A stretch of DNA of 64,000 nucleotides from an uncultured Poribacteria bacterium (GTDB lineage: Bacteria; Poribacteria; WGA-4E; WGA-3G). The notes below the pieces were generated by a model, which worked only from the letters and a program-made list of their open reading frames with translations, ran no database searches and had not been told where the DNA came from. Location: NCBI GenBank assembly GCA_958296135.2, contig CATQHZ020000001.1:2144001-2208000 (forward strand). Reading direction: 5' to 3'. Every line of letters begins with the position of its first letter. Position 1 is the first letter of the stretch. The translations under genes were made by a program, and so were the position numbers. Below, in pieces: positions 38,152 through 48,126 of the stretch.

Positions 38152-39114
38152 CTACGGTATCTGTTCTGCGTCAGTCCTAAACAGATAGCCGAACAGGAGA
38201 ATCCCTGTTATCGCACCGAAGCCAATTTTAACCGATGGCGGCAACCCGGAAGGAGAAATAAACCCCTCAATAACGCCAGCGATGAGGAACAAGGCGATAC
38301 ACCCGCCGAGGAGATGCACAGCGGTTTTCGCCGCCTCGGTCAGCGCGCGTTTCCGTGTGAGCAAGCCGGGCGCGATGAGCGCATACCCCATTTTCAACCC
38401 GGCACCACCCGCAATAAAAATAGCCGTCAACTCAATATAACCGTGCGGCGAGACGAAGGACCAGAGTGCCAGCGAAAGCCCATGAACGTGACTGAGCCCT
38501 GCAATCGCGCCGATAAACACCCCGTTAAACGCTAACACGTAGACAGAACCTAGCATGAAAACGATGCCGGCGGCGAATGCCAAAAACGCCACCCGAATGT
38601 TATTCGTGATGACGAAAGAGGAGAGTAAGTTTCTCGCTTCTGCCGATGTGTTGTTCCACGTCGTCTTGTCGGTTTTACGTAAATGATCGAGCAGGCGGGG
38701 CGGAACGATGTCTTCCGCGAAGCCGGGATTCGCCACAGCAAGCCAATAAGAGGCAGCAAATCCGAGCGCGAACAACAAAAACGCGGCACCAATGAAACTG
38801 ACATTTTCGCGAAACAGCGAGGGAAATCCAGAACGGAAAAACTGCCCGAGCGTGCCGCGTTTGAAAGGCGCAGTCTGGTAAATCCCCGAATGCGCACGCG
38901 AGGCGAGTTGGTTAAGGTAGGGAACGTAAGGCGTTTGCGGAAAATCGCGCCGCGCCACCGCTAAATCTGAGGTAACGCGGCGATAGAGATACCCTAACCG
39001 GTCGAGTTGCGGAGGGGACAATTTGTTCCGCCGCGCGCCGCGCACCCGCTCTAACAATGCCTCCAATTCCGACCAGGTTGGCTGTTTTTTGTTGACGAAT
39101 TCTTCCAAGGTCAT
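38152..39114 (-). CDS. SpoIIM-family (DUF95) membrane protein
   Basis: LYRRVTSDLA, NNIRVAF, PHGYIELTAI, IEGFIS. Confidence 0.9.
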   Translation of the reverse strand: MTLEEFVNKKQPTWSELEALLERVRGARRNKLSPPQLDRLGYLYRRVTSDLAVARRDFPQTPYVPYLNQLASRAHSGIYQTAPFKRGTLGQFFRSGFPSLFRENVSFIGAAFLLFALGFAASYWLAVANPGFAEDIVPPRLLDHLRKTDKTTWNNTSAEARNLLSSFVITNNIRVAFLAFAAGIVFMLGSVYVLAFNGVFIGAIAGLSHVHGLSLALWSFVSPHGYIELTAIFIAGGAGLKMGYALIAPGLLTRKRALTEAAKTAVHLLGGCIALFLIAGVIEGFISPSGLPPSVKIGFGAITGILLFGYLFRTDAEQIP

Positions 39115-39249
39115 ATTCGTTAAATCATCTTATGTCTGATGAATTTGGAATTATATGAAATTAACTTGATTTGTATCGTCCCTGCAGGGCAAGATCCGAC
39201 GAATCTCCACGCAACGTCATTTGGAATAATTCCATTACAAACGGTTTTC

Positions 39250-39999
39250 ATGAACAACCACTTATCCATCAAAACCCCAGAACAGATTGAACTCACCTAT
39301 AGCGTAGCGGGCATTGGCTCGCGCTTTTATGCAGCGATGCTAGATACCCTACTGCTAACGCTCATCGGTGTGATAGGCGGCTTTGTCATCGCCACCGCGA
39401 TAACAGAACTAGACGACATATTCGGGAATTGGCTTGCCGCTATCGGCGGACTTGTCGTCTTCGCGCTGTTCTGGGGTTACTATATGCTTTTTGAGGTGAC
39501 GATGAACGGACAGTCGCCCGGCAAACGTGCCTTAGGCTTGCGCGTTATCAAAGAGGGCGGCTATCCAGTCAGCTTCGCCGATTCCGCTATTCGGAATCTG
39601 GTGCGGATAATCGATTTCCTTCCGTTCTGCTACGGCATCGGGCTCATTGCGATGCTGATGAATAAAAATTGGCGGCGGCTCGGCGATCTCGCCGCCGGTA
39701 CTCTTGTCGTGAGAGATGGCACGAAATCAGCAAACGCGGGAAACCTCCCGGCTGCGCAGCCTCGGCCGCAATCCGCGCTAACCTATGCCGACTGGATGCA
39801 ACCGGAACTCGTGACAGCTGCGGAACTGGAGGCGGTGCGGATGTATCTGTCGCGCCGTGCGATGCTCCCGAAACTGCGCCGACAGGAACTGGCGCGCACA
39901 CTCGCGGCCCCAATCGTCCAAAAAATGGGCGGCAGCACCCGGGTCGATTATGAGGTATTTTTGTATGAGCTCCATATCCTCATGAATCAACAGCAGTAG
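39250..39999 (+). CDS. RDD family protein
   Basis: IKTPEQIEL..AGIGSRFYAAMLD, GQSPGKR, RRLGDLAAGTLVV. Confidence 0.9.
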   Translation: MNNHLSIKTPEQIELTYSVAGIGSRFYAAMLDTLLLTLIGVIGGFVIATAITELDDIFGNWLAAIGGLVVFALFWGYYMLFEVTMNGQSPGKRALGLRVIKEGGYPVSFADSAIRNLVRIIDFLPFCYGIGLIAMLMNKNWRRLGDLAAGTLVVRDGTKSANAGNLPAAQPRPQSALTYADWMQPELVTAAELEAVRMYLSRRAMLPKLRRQELARTLAAPIVQKMGGSTRVDYEVFLYELHILMNQQQ

Positions 40000-40161
40000 G
40001 AGCGCCCTCCGTTACGCCTAGTGAAGAATGCCTGCGTTGTCTCGCAAAAATAGGCTATCTTTTCCCGATACCGTATGCATCAAGACTGCTGGGAGCTCGC
40101 CGGCACCCTTTGGAGGAGCGCGGTTGCAAACCGCAACTACGGGGGCCGTTCCGCTTCGGTA

Positions 40162-41241
40162 TCATTCAACCCGAGGGTGTCTCGCCGTTGGGTTTCTCTG
40201 CAAACGCACCTTGGAATCGGTTAGCGGCAATTCCACCCGCGCGCCGTTGCGCAAGTGCGACTCAATCACGCCGAAGATTAACTCCGTGCTGGCATACGCA
40301 CACCGGACACCACCTCGCGTGGGTTCGCCGGTATCCAATGCGCGAACCAAATCTTTTATCAGGTTCGCCGTGCTGCTGGTGCGCTCAAATTCCGGGAATA
40401 CCTCTGGTACTCTGCAAGCGCGCCAGCCGGGAATATCCTGTTGTTTGCGGATATGCCACTGCCAGCCGTTATTCCAGCAGGTGACAGTGCCGCGTTCGCA
40501 AATCGCCTCCCACTCGGAACTGCGCGGTGTGAGCAAAGCATGCGCTGTCACACCGTTTTCAAATTGGATTGTGCCTTGGCCCGCCGGGTCTTCACGAAGG
40601 ACATCGCCATCAATGACGTTATCCCCGTTTGGAAGGTATCCCGAAACCCACTTCGCCGGGGCATCGCTATTCAAGCGCAGAACCAGATCGATGTTATGAC
40701 TCGCCGTGTTGAACAGCGTGCCGTTTGAATAGATAATCAGCGTGCGGAGCCGCCCCAGCTCGCCGCTGTCAATAACCTCCTTCATCTTATCAAAACCGGT
40801 GTGCCACCGGCGATTGGTGCCGAGGTTAAAAGCGACGTTGTTCGCTTCCACCGCTGATACCATCGCCGCTGCCTCGTCCATGGAGGCGGCCATCGCCTTC
40901 TCGGCGTAGATGGCTTTCGTGCCGTGCTCTGCGGCGTAGATAACAATCTCAGCGCGATGTTCCGGCTGCGTCGCAACGCTGACGATGTCCGGTTGCTCCT
41001 TTTCCAGCATCTCGCGATAATCGGTATACTGACTCGATTCCGGCACGTTGTAGCGGTGGCCGAAATGTGCCATCACGTCCGGACGCAGGTCTGCGCAGGC
41101 GATGAGTGCTGTCCGTTCTTCGGCGAAATAGCCGGCGGCATGCGAATACGGCAGGCGGATCGCCTCGTAATCCGGGACTTCGTTGTCAATAAATGCTCCC
41201 ATCCGGCTACAGCCGATGACAGCTGCGCGATACGTTTTCAT
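40162..41241 (-). CDS. Gfo/Idh/MocA family oxidoreductase
   Basis: AAVIGCSRMG, PDIVSVAT, AEKAMA, HNIDL. Confidence 0.9.
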   Translation of the reverse strand: MKTYRAAVIGCSRMGAFIDNEVPDYEAIRLPYSHAAGYFAEERTALIACADLRPDVMAHFGHRYNVPESSQYTDYREMLEKEQPDIVSVATQPEHRAEIVIYAAEHGTKAIYAEKAMAASMDEAAAMVSAVEANNVAFNLGTNRRWHTGFDKMKEVIDSGELGRLRTLIIYSNGTLFNTASHNIDLVLRLNSDAPAKWVSGYLPNGDNVIDGDVLREDPAGQGTIQFENGVTAHALLTPRSSEWEAICERGTVTCWNNGWQWHIRKQQDIPGWRACRVPEVFPEFERTSSTANLIKDLVRALDTGEPTRGGVRCAYASTELIFGVIESHLRNGARVELPLTDSKVRLQRNPTARHPRVE

Positions 41242-41274
41242 TGTTCCCTCCTCCTTCGCGATTGGGGATTGCTC

Positions 41275-42267
41275 TTACCGCGGCAAGAAAAATTTATTCG
41301 CAACCTCGGTGAGGAAATTCTGTCCCATCACCCGGTATCCTTCTGCATTGGGATGCAAATCATCTGGCAGCAGATGCCCGAGGTCCGGGCCGAATACGTC
41401 AAGTCCATTAACGTAGTGGACATGCTTGTCTCCGTGGGACTGCAGTGCCTCCGCGGCGGCTTGCACTTCTTCGCGCATTCCCTGTAGATGGAAACCCACC
41501 GCGTTCGGTTTTTCCTCCCTCGGCGGCGAATAGATGGGCGACATCAGCACGAGCGGGATATCGGGATGCTTCTCGCGGATAATCTGCACCGAGCCGATAA
41601 TCGCCGGGCGAAATGCGCGCAGCCCCAAACTCGCCGCGCCCTGGATGTTAATACCGAGGCACATAGAGATGTAGTCTGCGGGCAGACCACGAATCATCCG
41701 AGCCACCATTGCATCGAGGTGACATTGGCCGCCATAGCCGAGGCAGGTTAAATTGAACCCTCGTTCGCGCGCAGCGATGGCGGGCCACGTCTGCGTCGGC
41801 GATGCCGCTTGACGACACTGCGTGATCGAGCTGCCGTAGGTAACCCATCGGGGCCGCCCATCACTAAACGGTTCTATCGTCGCACCATCGTCTATCTCCA
41901 GATTGCGCAGTTGGAAGATGCCGTATTGCGGCAGCCACAAGTCAATCCATTTCATTTCCGACGACAGCTTTTCAAAGGCGAAGGTGTCTCTACCGGTTAA
42001 ATCAATGGAATTGATAAACTCGCCATCACAACAAAGATCGAGCCTGCCGCTTTCGCGCTGCGGGACGATGTTGCCCGCGACGCGCGTCGTGTCACTTGAG
42101 AAACTGATGCGGACACCCGCGGGCATAGCGGAACGTTCAAGCAACGGTTCGGGAAATAAGACGTGTTCAGCATACGGCGTGCGCCACGGCATCGTCCACG
42201 CCGCTGTCTCTTGGAATGAGATGGCTCCCTGCCAATTGAGGGCGGGATGGTTAGGGTTTATGTGCAT
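41275..42267 (-). CDS. SGNH/GDSL hydrolase
   Basis: YGSSITQ, GIN, DDLHP. Confidence 0.9.
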   Translation of the reverse strand: MHINPNHPALNWQGAISFQETAAWTMPWRTPYAEHVLFPEPLLERSAMPAGVRISFSSDTTRVAGNIVPQRESGRLDLCCDGEFINSIDLTGRDTFAFEKLSSEMKWIDLWLPQYGIFQLRNLEIDDGATIEPFSDGRPRWVTYGSSITQCRQAASPTQTWPAIAARERGFNLTCLGYGGQCHLDAMVARMIRGLPADYISMCLGINIQGAASLGLRAFRPAIIGSVQIIREKHPDIPLVLMSPIYSPPREEKPNAVGFHLQGMREEVQAAAEALQSHGDKHVHYVNGLDVFGPDLGHLLPDDLHPNAEGYRVMGQNFLTEVANKFFLPR

Positions 42268-42347
42268 AGTAGCTCCTCGTATTGAACAGGCAGATATGAC
42301 ATCTGCCCTTACCAGCGTGGCATACGGGCGGATATAGCCATCCGCCC

Positions 42348-43160
42348 TTACAAAGCGTCAACAACGGCGCGGAGTTGGCGAATGCCTTCTAACATCTGCT
42401 CCGGCGTTCCCCAATGCTCAATGCTCGCCGCCCCGGTGAACCCGTCTGCGACAAGCGTCTCTAGCAGCTGCACATAGCGCAAACCTGTCTCTCCGATCGG
42501 CTCGAGGCTTTTCTGCCCATTCGGTTTGACATGCACGTGCGTTACCAACCCTCTGATGTGGGAATAGCCTTCCGGCAGCGGGTTTTCGCCGCAATGTAAT
42601 CCGTTATTGACATCCCAACACGAAGTAAGCGCGGGGCTATTGCCGAGTTCATTGATAACAGCGCGCGTCTCTTCGCACGTGCCAGCGAGACAAGCACTCT
42701 CGTTTTCAAAGGCGAGCGTCACGTCCGCGCCTTCTGCAATTGGAACAACCGGGGCGAGTTTCTCGGCGATAAGTTCCAGATAGTCGTTGATATCCGGGCG
42801 CGCCGCGCCGCGCACACCGCGATTCGGATTCCAGAAGGTGAAGCCTCGGATGACACGGGTATCAAATGCATGCGCGAGCTCTACCATCCGGTCGAAGTGC
42901 CGCAGGTGCTGTTCGTATTCCTGTTGGTTGTCAATCGCGCATTTGCCAAACGGCGAACCGATGCAGGCGACTCGTACATCGTAAGCATTCAGCACATCTT
43001 GGACGCGTTTGACATCGTCGTCGTCAATTTCGGTGACGTGTTTGCCCCACACGCCGCCGCGGATTTCAACGGTGTTCGCCCCGGCTCCAACGCCGAGTTT
43101 GATGGCCGCCTCAAAATCGGTTTTGGAAACCTCGTCAGCGAAAAAACAGACATCGATCAT
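42348..43160 (-). CDS. Sugar-phosphate isomerase/epimerase (AP-endonuclease-2 TIM barrel)
   Basis: FADEV, FENE, WDVNN, HVHVK, SIE. Confidence 0.85.
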   Translation of the reverse strand: MIDVCFFADEVSKTDFEAAIKLGVGAGANTVEIRGGVWGKHVTEIDDDDVKRVQDVLNAYDVRVACIGSPFGKCAIDNQQEYEQHLRHFDRMVELAHAFDTRVIRGFTFWNPNRGVRGAARPDINDYLELIAEKLAPVVPIAEGADVTLAFENESACLAGTCEETRAVINELGNSPALTSCWDVNNGLHCGENPLPEGYSHIRGLVTHVHVKPNGQKSLEPIGETGLRYVQLLETLVADGFTGAASIEHWGTPEQMLEGIRQLRAVVDAL

Positions 43161-43180
43161 TCTGAAGTCCTCCGTTTATG

Positions 43181-43495
43181 TCATGTCGTGAAGATAATGA
43201 GCAGGTGCATAATCAACGATGCCGCCATTAAAATCGCCCCAAGGCTCATAATGACAGAATGTTGCGCTAAAAACGCCGCGGATCGGTGACTTCTTGATTG
43301 GAAGTAAAGCGAAATTAGCCAAATTACGCCACTGAACAAGAAAATGCCACCGATAGCGATGTTGCGTTCATAAGCCAAGCCGCCACGTTGCCATTCAACG
43401 CAAGCTTTAACGAGATGAAGAGTCCCGTTGAATAAACAACAGAGGCACATAACACGCATCGCCTTTCGGTTGGACATTTTGAAACGTGAAAGCAT
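43181..43495 (-). CDS. Small 3-TM hypothetical protein
   Basis: Hydrophobic segments; GGAGG upstream of MLSRFK; layout similar to the neighbour 43503-43919. Confidence 0.5.
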   Translation of the reverse strand: MLSRFKMSNRKAMRVMCLCCLFNGTLHLVKACVEWQRGGLAYERNIAIGGIFLFSGVIWLISLYFQSRSHRSAAFLAQHSVIMSLGAILMAASLIMHLLIIFTT

Positions 43496-43502
43496 TGAAG
43501 CG

Positions 43503-43919
43503 TTAGCCTCCCTCGAAACCGAGCCAAACATCAATGAATTGGATAAGCAGTGAGAGCCCTAACAGCCCCCAAGAGATACGAGTCAACACGAGGGAATTCC
43601 GGTGCCACGCGTTCGGTGCGTCGGATTGTCCCGATTTGATATAGACTGCTCTTAGGCCCGCAGTGCTGCCTAACAGCATCAGTCCGCCTGCGATGATTTT
43701 CACATGATAATACCGGCGTTCTGCCTCACGCTGTCGCGGGGTAAGCCAATCTTTTCGCTCCCGGCGACGCAGTGCCTCTTCTATCTCCTGGTGCTCCTGC
43801 AGCCCTGTGTAACCCGAGAAAAGACTGGTAAGCCCCATGATTGCTATACAGAGATACATGCATGCTTCCGATTTCGGGTGAATTTTCTTGAGTCGCGCAA
43901 ACATCGAATTCGTCTCCAT
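43503..43919 (-). CDS. Small 3-TM hypothetical protein
   Basis: Hydrophobic segments; in line with flanking genes. Confidence 0.55.
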   Translation of the reverse strand: METNSMFARLKKIHPKSEACMYLCIAIMGLTSLFSGYTGLQEHQEIEEALRRRERKDWLTPRQREAERRYYHVKIIAGGLMLLGSTAGLRAVYIKSGQSDAPNAWHRNSLVLTRISWGLLGLSLLIQFIDVWLGFEGG

Positions 43920-44061
43920 CTCATGAGGTGGTAATCTTCCTTGAAATACCCCCTTCCATCAGGGCGATTCAGTTCTCGGCTGAACTGTAAGGACAGATTT
44001 TTATCGCTGCCCGTTAACGCCTTGTTCGTCGGAAAACTGAATCGTCCTAGCCTTCCATCCT

Positions 44062-45105
44062 TCAATCTGCATCAGATGCCTTCTGGCGGTTTAATTCGAT
44101 TTGCAATTGCCGATAAGCCGCTTGGAGTTCAGCGAGTTCCTCTTCGACCTGGTTGGCTCTTGCATCGGCTTGTGCCGCCTCAACGCTTTTTCGCTCGGCA
44201 TCTGATTCAGCGCGATGACGTTCCGCTTCGGCGCGTTGGCGCGCGGCGGCTTCTTCTCGCGCAAGGGATTCAGCGCGTTGGCGCGCGGCGGCTTCTTCTC
44301 GCGCAAGGGATTCAGCGTGTTGGCGCGCGGCGGCTTCTTCTCGCGCAAGGGATTCAGCATGTTGGCGCGCAAGAGCCGCCTGCGCGACGTTTTCCTTCGC
44401 CTGTTCCGCTTCTGCCGCGAGCTGATCGGCAAGGGTTGCAGCTTCCTCGGCTTTCTCTGCCGCTGCATCCATCGGTGTCTCTAACCACCGCGCCGCACCC
44501 GGGTCATAGAATCCGAAGCCGTCGCCGCGTAAACCGAGGAATAACCCCAAAGTCTCTGCAAAGACTTTGCCATCTGGCGCCGGCCGAATTGGAACGTATT
44601 CGGTGCCGACAAGACGAAAACCCATCAATGGGGTGGGTAAAAACTTGCGCTCGGCATCGTAAAGGAAATATTCCCGGACACCCAGCCTTTCGGCGTAGAG
44701 CTTCTTCTTCGGACCTAAGTCGTTCTTAAACGTATTTTCGCTAGAAAACTCTAGCACGAAGTCCGGCGGTTTCCCCTCTTCCCAAACGCGGTAGATGCGC
44801 CGTTGCTTCCGTTCAATACCGAACGTGACGAAGACATCGGGCGAGACCGATTGCTTGGCACGGCCGATAGCGTAATACATGAACATGTTGCCGGATACGC
44901 AGACATCCGGCACGTCTTGGAAACGCGCGTCGAGCGTCAAGAGGGAGTCAATCAGCAGGTCGCGATGAAGTTCGGTTTCAGCCATAGGTTGTCCATCCGA
45001 TTCGGGATAGTCGGTATCGTCCTCAAATGCCGGCTCATAAGGGAGCGGCGGCGGTGCCCCGCGGTAAGGCGGGTATATCTCCGCAGTGTGTTGATTGGTT
45101 TGCAT
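44062..45105 (-). CDS. Uma2 family protein with C-terminal coiled coil (42-bp repeats)
   Basis: YPESDGQPMAET, VSPDVFV, GKPPDFVLEFSS, GVREYFLYD; AESLAREEAAARQ(H/R) x3. Confidence 0.9.
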   Translation of the reverse strand: MQTNQHTAEIYPPYRGAPPPLPYEPAFEDDTDYPESDGQPMAETELHRDLLIDSLLTLDARFQDVPDVCVSGNMFMYYAIGRAKQSVSPDVFVTFGIERKQRRIYRVWEEGKPPDFVLEFSSENTFKNDLGPKKKLYAERLGVREYFLYDAERKFLPTPLMGFRLVGTEYVPIRPAPDGKVFAETLGLFLGLRGDGFGFYDPGAARWLETPMDAAAEKAEEAATLADQLAAEAEQAKENVAQAALARQHAESLAREEAAARQHAESLAREEAAARQRAESLAREEAAARQRAEAERHRAESDAERKSVEAAQADARANQVEEELAELQAAYRQLQIELNRQKASDAD

Positions 45106-45210
45106 TGTCGCTCTCCTTGATTCAGGATAAATCTTATGTTAAGTTTACCACAAAAATACGCGAGTGTCAAGTTTTTCTCGCGATTTTTCGGGAAACCGAA
45201 TAATTTGGTA

Positions 45211-46335
45211 TCAGATGTCAACCTCTAGCTGCCTGCCCTTAAAATGCCGCGCCGATTTCGGACGCGCCTCAATCCGCCACGGTAACTTCACCAAGTCGTG
45301 ATACCGCCGGTTATGATTGGCAAGTGTCACTGCTTCTTGCACATTAGTAGGATAGCCATAGATTTCATAGTCAACCGAAGGCAGCAGCCCGTGTCTCTCC
45401 TTGAGCCTTCTCTGCACCGGATCCAGCGCGAGAATGGTGAGATCGATGCCGATCCAACGTCGGTTGAGGGTTTCAGCAGCATCCAGCGTTGTGCCGCCGC
45501 CACAGAAGGGATCGAGGACAATGTCCCCTTCATTGGTAGACGCTTTGATGAGGCGTTCCAGCAAAGCCCGCGGCTTTTGCGTCGGATACCCCATCCGTTC
45601 GTTTGCCAGCCTGCCGACAGGTGTCATGTTATCCCGTTCTTCCAGCCAATAGTCCTCCGGGATTTTGCCGCGCGCATCGAGCTCATAATCCACCTTAAAG
45701 ATACCCTGCGTCTTCCCAGTCTGGCGTTTTTTGTAGGGAATCTTCACGGCATCGGGATTGAACGTGTGTCCCTGTTCAGCGACGGTATAGAAGAGGAGCG
45801 TATCATGCTTCCGCGGGAACCACTTCTTCGTATTGCTCGGTCCGGTATAACACCACACGATTTCGTTTCTGAAGTTTTTGTTATCCTTCAGATTCCTCGC
45901 GTCAAAAATCGCATCAAGGAGCCCTTTGAGATAGTGCGATGCCGTTGCATTGCAGTGCAGATAAAACGAACCGGTCTCTTTCAGCACGCGATGCACCTCG
46001 GCGAGGCGTGGCCCCATGAAAGCGAGGTAGGCGCGCATCGCACCTTTATTGCCGGTCGTTGCCTCCTGAAGGACGAGATCATAGCCTTGAAGGCATTTGT
46101 TGAGCCGTTGATAGGTCTCGGTGGTTTGTTCAGCAACGAAGTGGCGTGCTTCTCTCGCCGCGTCGTCCCATCGCCAGATATCGGTGAACGCCTTCTTCTG
46201 TGCCTGGGAGTTTGGCAAAAAGGTGTTATAGACGCGCCCGCTGTTGAACGGCGGGTCTGCATAGCCGCAATCTACGGAATTATCTGGGAACTCGCGTAAG
46301 ATTTCCAAGTTGTCGCCGAAGTAGATGCTGTTCAT
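45211..46335 (-). CDS. Beta-class N4/N6 DNA methyltransferase
   Basis: YFGDNL, DPPF (motif IV), YPTQKP, LDPFCGGGTT (motif I). Confidence 0.9.
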   Translation of the reverse strand: MNSIYFGDNLEILREFPDNSVDCGYADPPFNSGRVYNTFLPNSQAQKKAFTDIWRWDDAAREARHFVAEQTTETYQRLNKCLQGYDLVLQEATTGNKGAMRAYLAFMGPRLAEVHRVLKETGSFYLHCNATASHYLKGLLDAIFDARNLKDNKNFRNEIVWCYTGPSNTKKWFPRKHDTLLFYTVAEQGHTFNPDAVKIPYKKRQTGKTQGIFKVDYELDARGKIPEDYWLEERDNMTPVGRLANERMGYPTQKPRALLERLIKASTNEGDIVLDPFCGGGTTLDAAETLNRRWIGIDLTILALDPVQRRLKERHGLLPSVDYEIYGYPTNVQEAVTLANHNRRYHDLVKLPWRIEARPKSARHFKGRQLEVDI

Positions 46336-48059
46336 TCGCGCGCTTCTCCTTCTGTCTCAGATGCTTCCTCCTGCTGATTTTGCAGATTCCAGGCGATAAA
46401 CGGTGCCAAGTTCGCCAACACCTCAAGCGGTGCTTCTTCTTCAGAGAAAACCGCCTCTACTACGGCCTCATTGCCTTTCACCGAGAGCCACGCCAGCAGC
46501 GGTGACATCTCTTTCACATTGCTAATCGCCACTTCCGGTGGGAGGGAACTCCCTGTTGCCTCCAACAGCCGCGCGAGGTTGAGTTGCGCCACTACCGTCG
46601 GTGTCTTCGGCAGCTGCTTTAATGCATCCGGTCTCTTTTTCTGCTGAATCGTGTCAACGAGCGCGTAGATCTGGTCTTCTGAGAAACTGAGCAAAAATAG
46701 CCCATCGCTTTTGCAGTGGTAAACATTCTCCGCGAACTCTGACACTGTTGTGCCGCTGTAATCCGTTTGCGAGACAGACGCATTGCTCACATTCAAGATG
46801 CTGTTGCCGATGAGATTCAATTTTGAAGGGTTGCTGGAATTGAAAATCAGGGAGCCTTGCGTTTCCACATCGCCGAAATCTATCGCCAAGGCACCATCGA
46901 ATTCGACGTTTAATCCGCTGAAGACTTCCGGGTCAAACTGCGTCAAATCGGAAACGGACAAGGCGAGTTCGCCGGTTAGCCCTGCCATCACATCTGTCTC
47001 AAGATCCAAATGCAGGTTCTCTTCAAAGAGTGAAAGGGCTGTGTAGGTTTCTTCTGTGGAATTATTCTCAATCTCGGCGTGAGCGAATTGCCACACTTTC
47101 TCCAAAATCGGCGGCGCAAGGGCAACAAATAGCTCTTCCTCCCCTGAAAGTGCTTTGAGCGTGCGCAACTGCGAGCCTTCCTTCAGGAACATCGTTACCC
47201 CTTTATCCAATTTATCCAACGGGTCCGGCGGCGTAAATTGGGTGTAAACTTGGAGGCATTTCCCACCTTCTAGCAAATTGAGCCGGGCGTATGCATGTTC
47301 AAAGAACTCAAGTTGCTTCCGGGTGCTTTTGCTTAAGTCTTTGAGCATCGACAAGGCTTGTGGCACATCAACGAACGTCGTGAGCTCTCCCGCACCAAAC
47401 TTTTTAGTCGCCTTGGCAAAGTCAGGGTTCTTCGCGATAGAGGATGCCTTCTTTCGGAAAGTATCAATGAGTTTTTCAAAGCTGCCTTTCCCGATGCCCG
47501 CAACCAGAAATTCGTCAACAAACCCGTAGGTGATGAAATGTTCTGGAGTCTCTAGGGTGCTATAGTGGTTCTTTCGGTATATTCCCGCTTCTGGTATGAG
47601 TGTGCCTTCATTCATGCCCATCATACCGGCGATGATTTTAGTCAGCCGCTGGAGTTCGCCGATATTTCCGCCGGAATGGACGAGGAGCCCGATTTGCGTT
47701 TCTCCCGCTTCGTTTTGCCACATCGCGAGGCCGGTGCGATAGCCTACCGTCTTGATGAGTCCGCGCATGTCTGTGCCGAACAGCGTCAGTCCCATTGTCA
47801 AGCCTTGCTGCATTTCGGGGACAGCACCCGGCAAGAGTGTCTGCATCTTTTGCCAGTTTTCGGAGAGTTCGATCTCGGCGTAGACTTCGTCCAGATCTCG
47901 CAGTTGCAGATAGAGCGCGCTCTCTTTGGGGATGAAATCTTGAACCTTTGCAGCGTTTGTCGACATTGCGAAAAAGACGATACCTATTAAGGCAATGGCT
48001 CCGTATATAGCGCGCTTGCAAAGCGCGCCTACCGGGATTGGATTCAGTTTTCGTCGCAT
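46332..48059 (-). CDS. Exported hypothetical protein (DUF3352-like)
   Basis: Signal peptide, FIPKES, long intact ORF with RBS. Confidence 0.65.
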   Translation of the reverse strand: MRRKLNPIPVGALCKRAIYGAIALIGIVFFAMSTNAAKVQDFIPKESALYLQLRDLDEVYAEIELSENWQKMQTLLPGAVPEMQQGLTMGLTLFGTDMRGLIKTVGYRTGLAMWQNEAGETQIGLLVHSGGNIGELQRLTKIIAGMMGMNEGTLIPEAGIYRKNHYSTLETPEHFITYGFVDEFLVAGIGKGSFEKLIDTFRKKASSIAKNPDFAKATKKFGAGELTTFVDVPQALSMLKDLSKSTRKQLEFFEHAYARLNLLEGGKCLQVYTQFTPPDPLDKLDKGVTMFLKEGSQLRTLKALSGEEELFVALAPPILEKVWQFAHAEIENNSTEETYTALSLFEENLHLDLETDVMAGLTGELALSVSDLTQFDPEVFSGLNVEFDGALAIDFGDVETQGSLIFNSSNPSKLNLIGNSILNVSNASVSQTDYSGTTVSEFAENVYHCKSDGLFLLSFSEDQIYALVDTIQQKKRPDALKQLPKTPTVVAQLNLARLLEATGSSLPPEVAISNVKEMSPLLAWLSVKGNEAVVEAVFSEEEAPLEVLANLAPFIAWNLQNQQEEASETEGEARE

Positions 48060-48126
48060 GATGCACCTCTATTTGAAAAATGTAGCATGGCGAGGAACAG
48101 CCCCTCGCCCTACGGCGATGAAGCAC

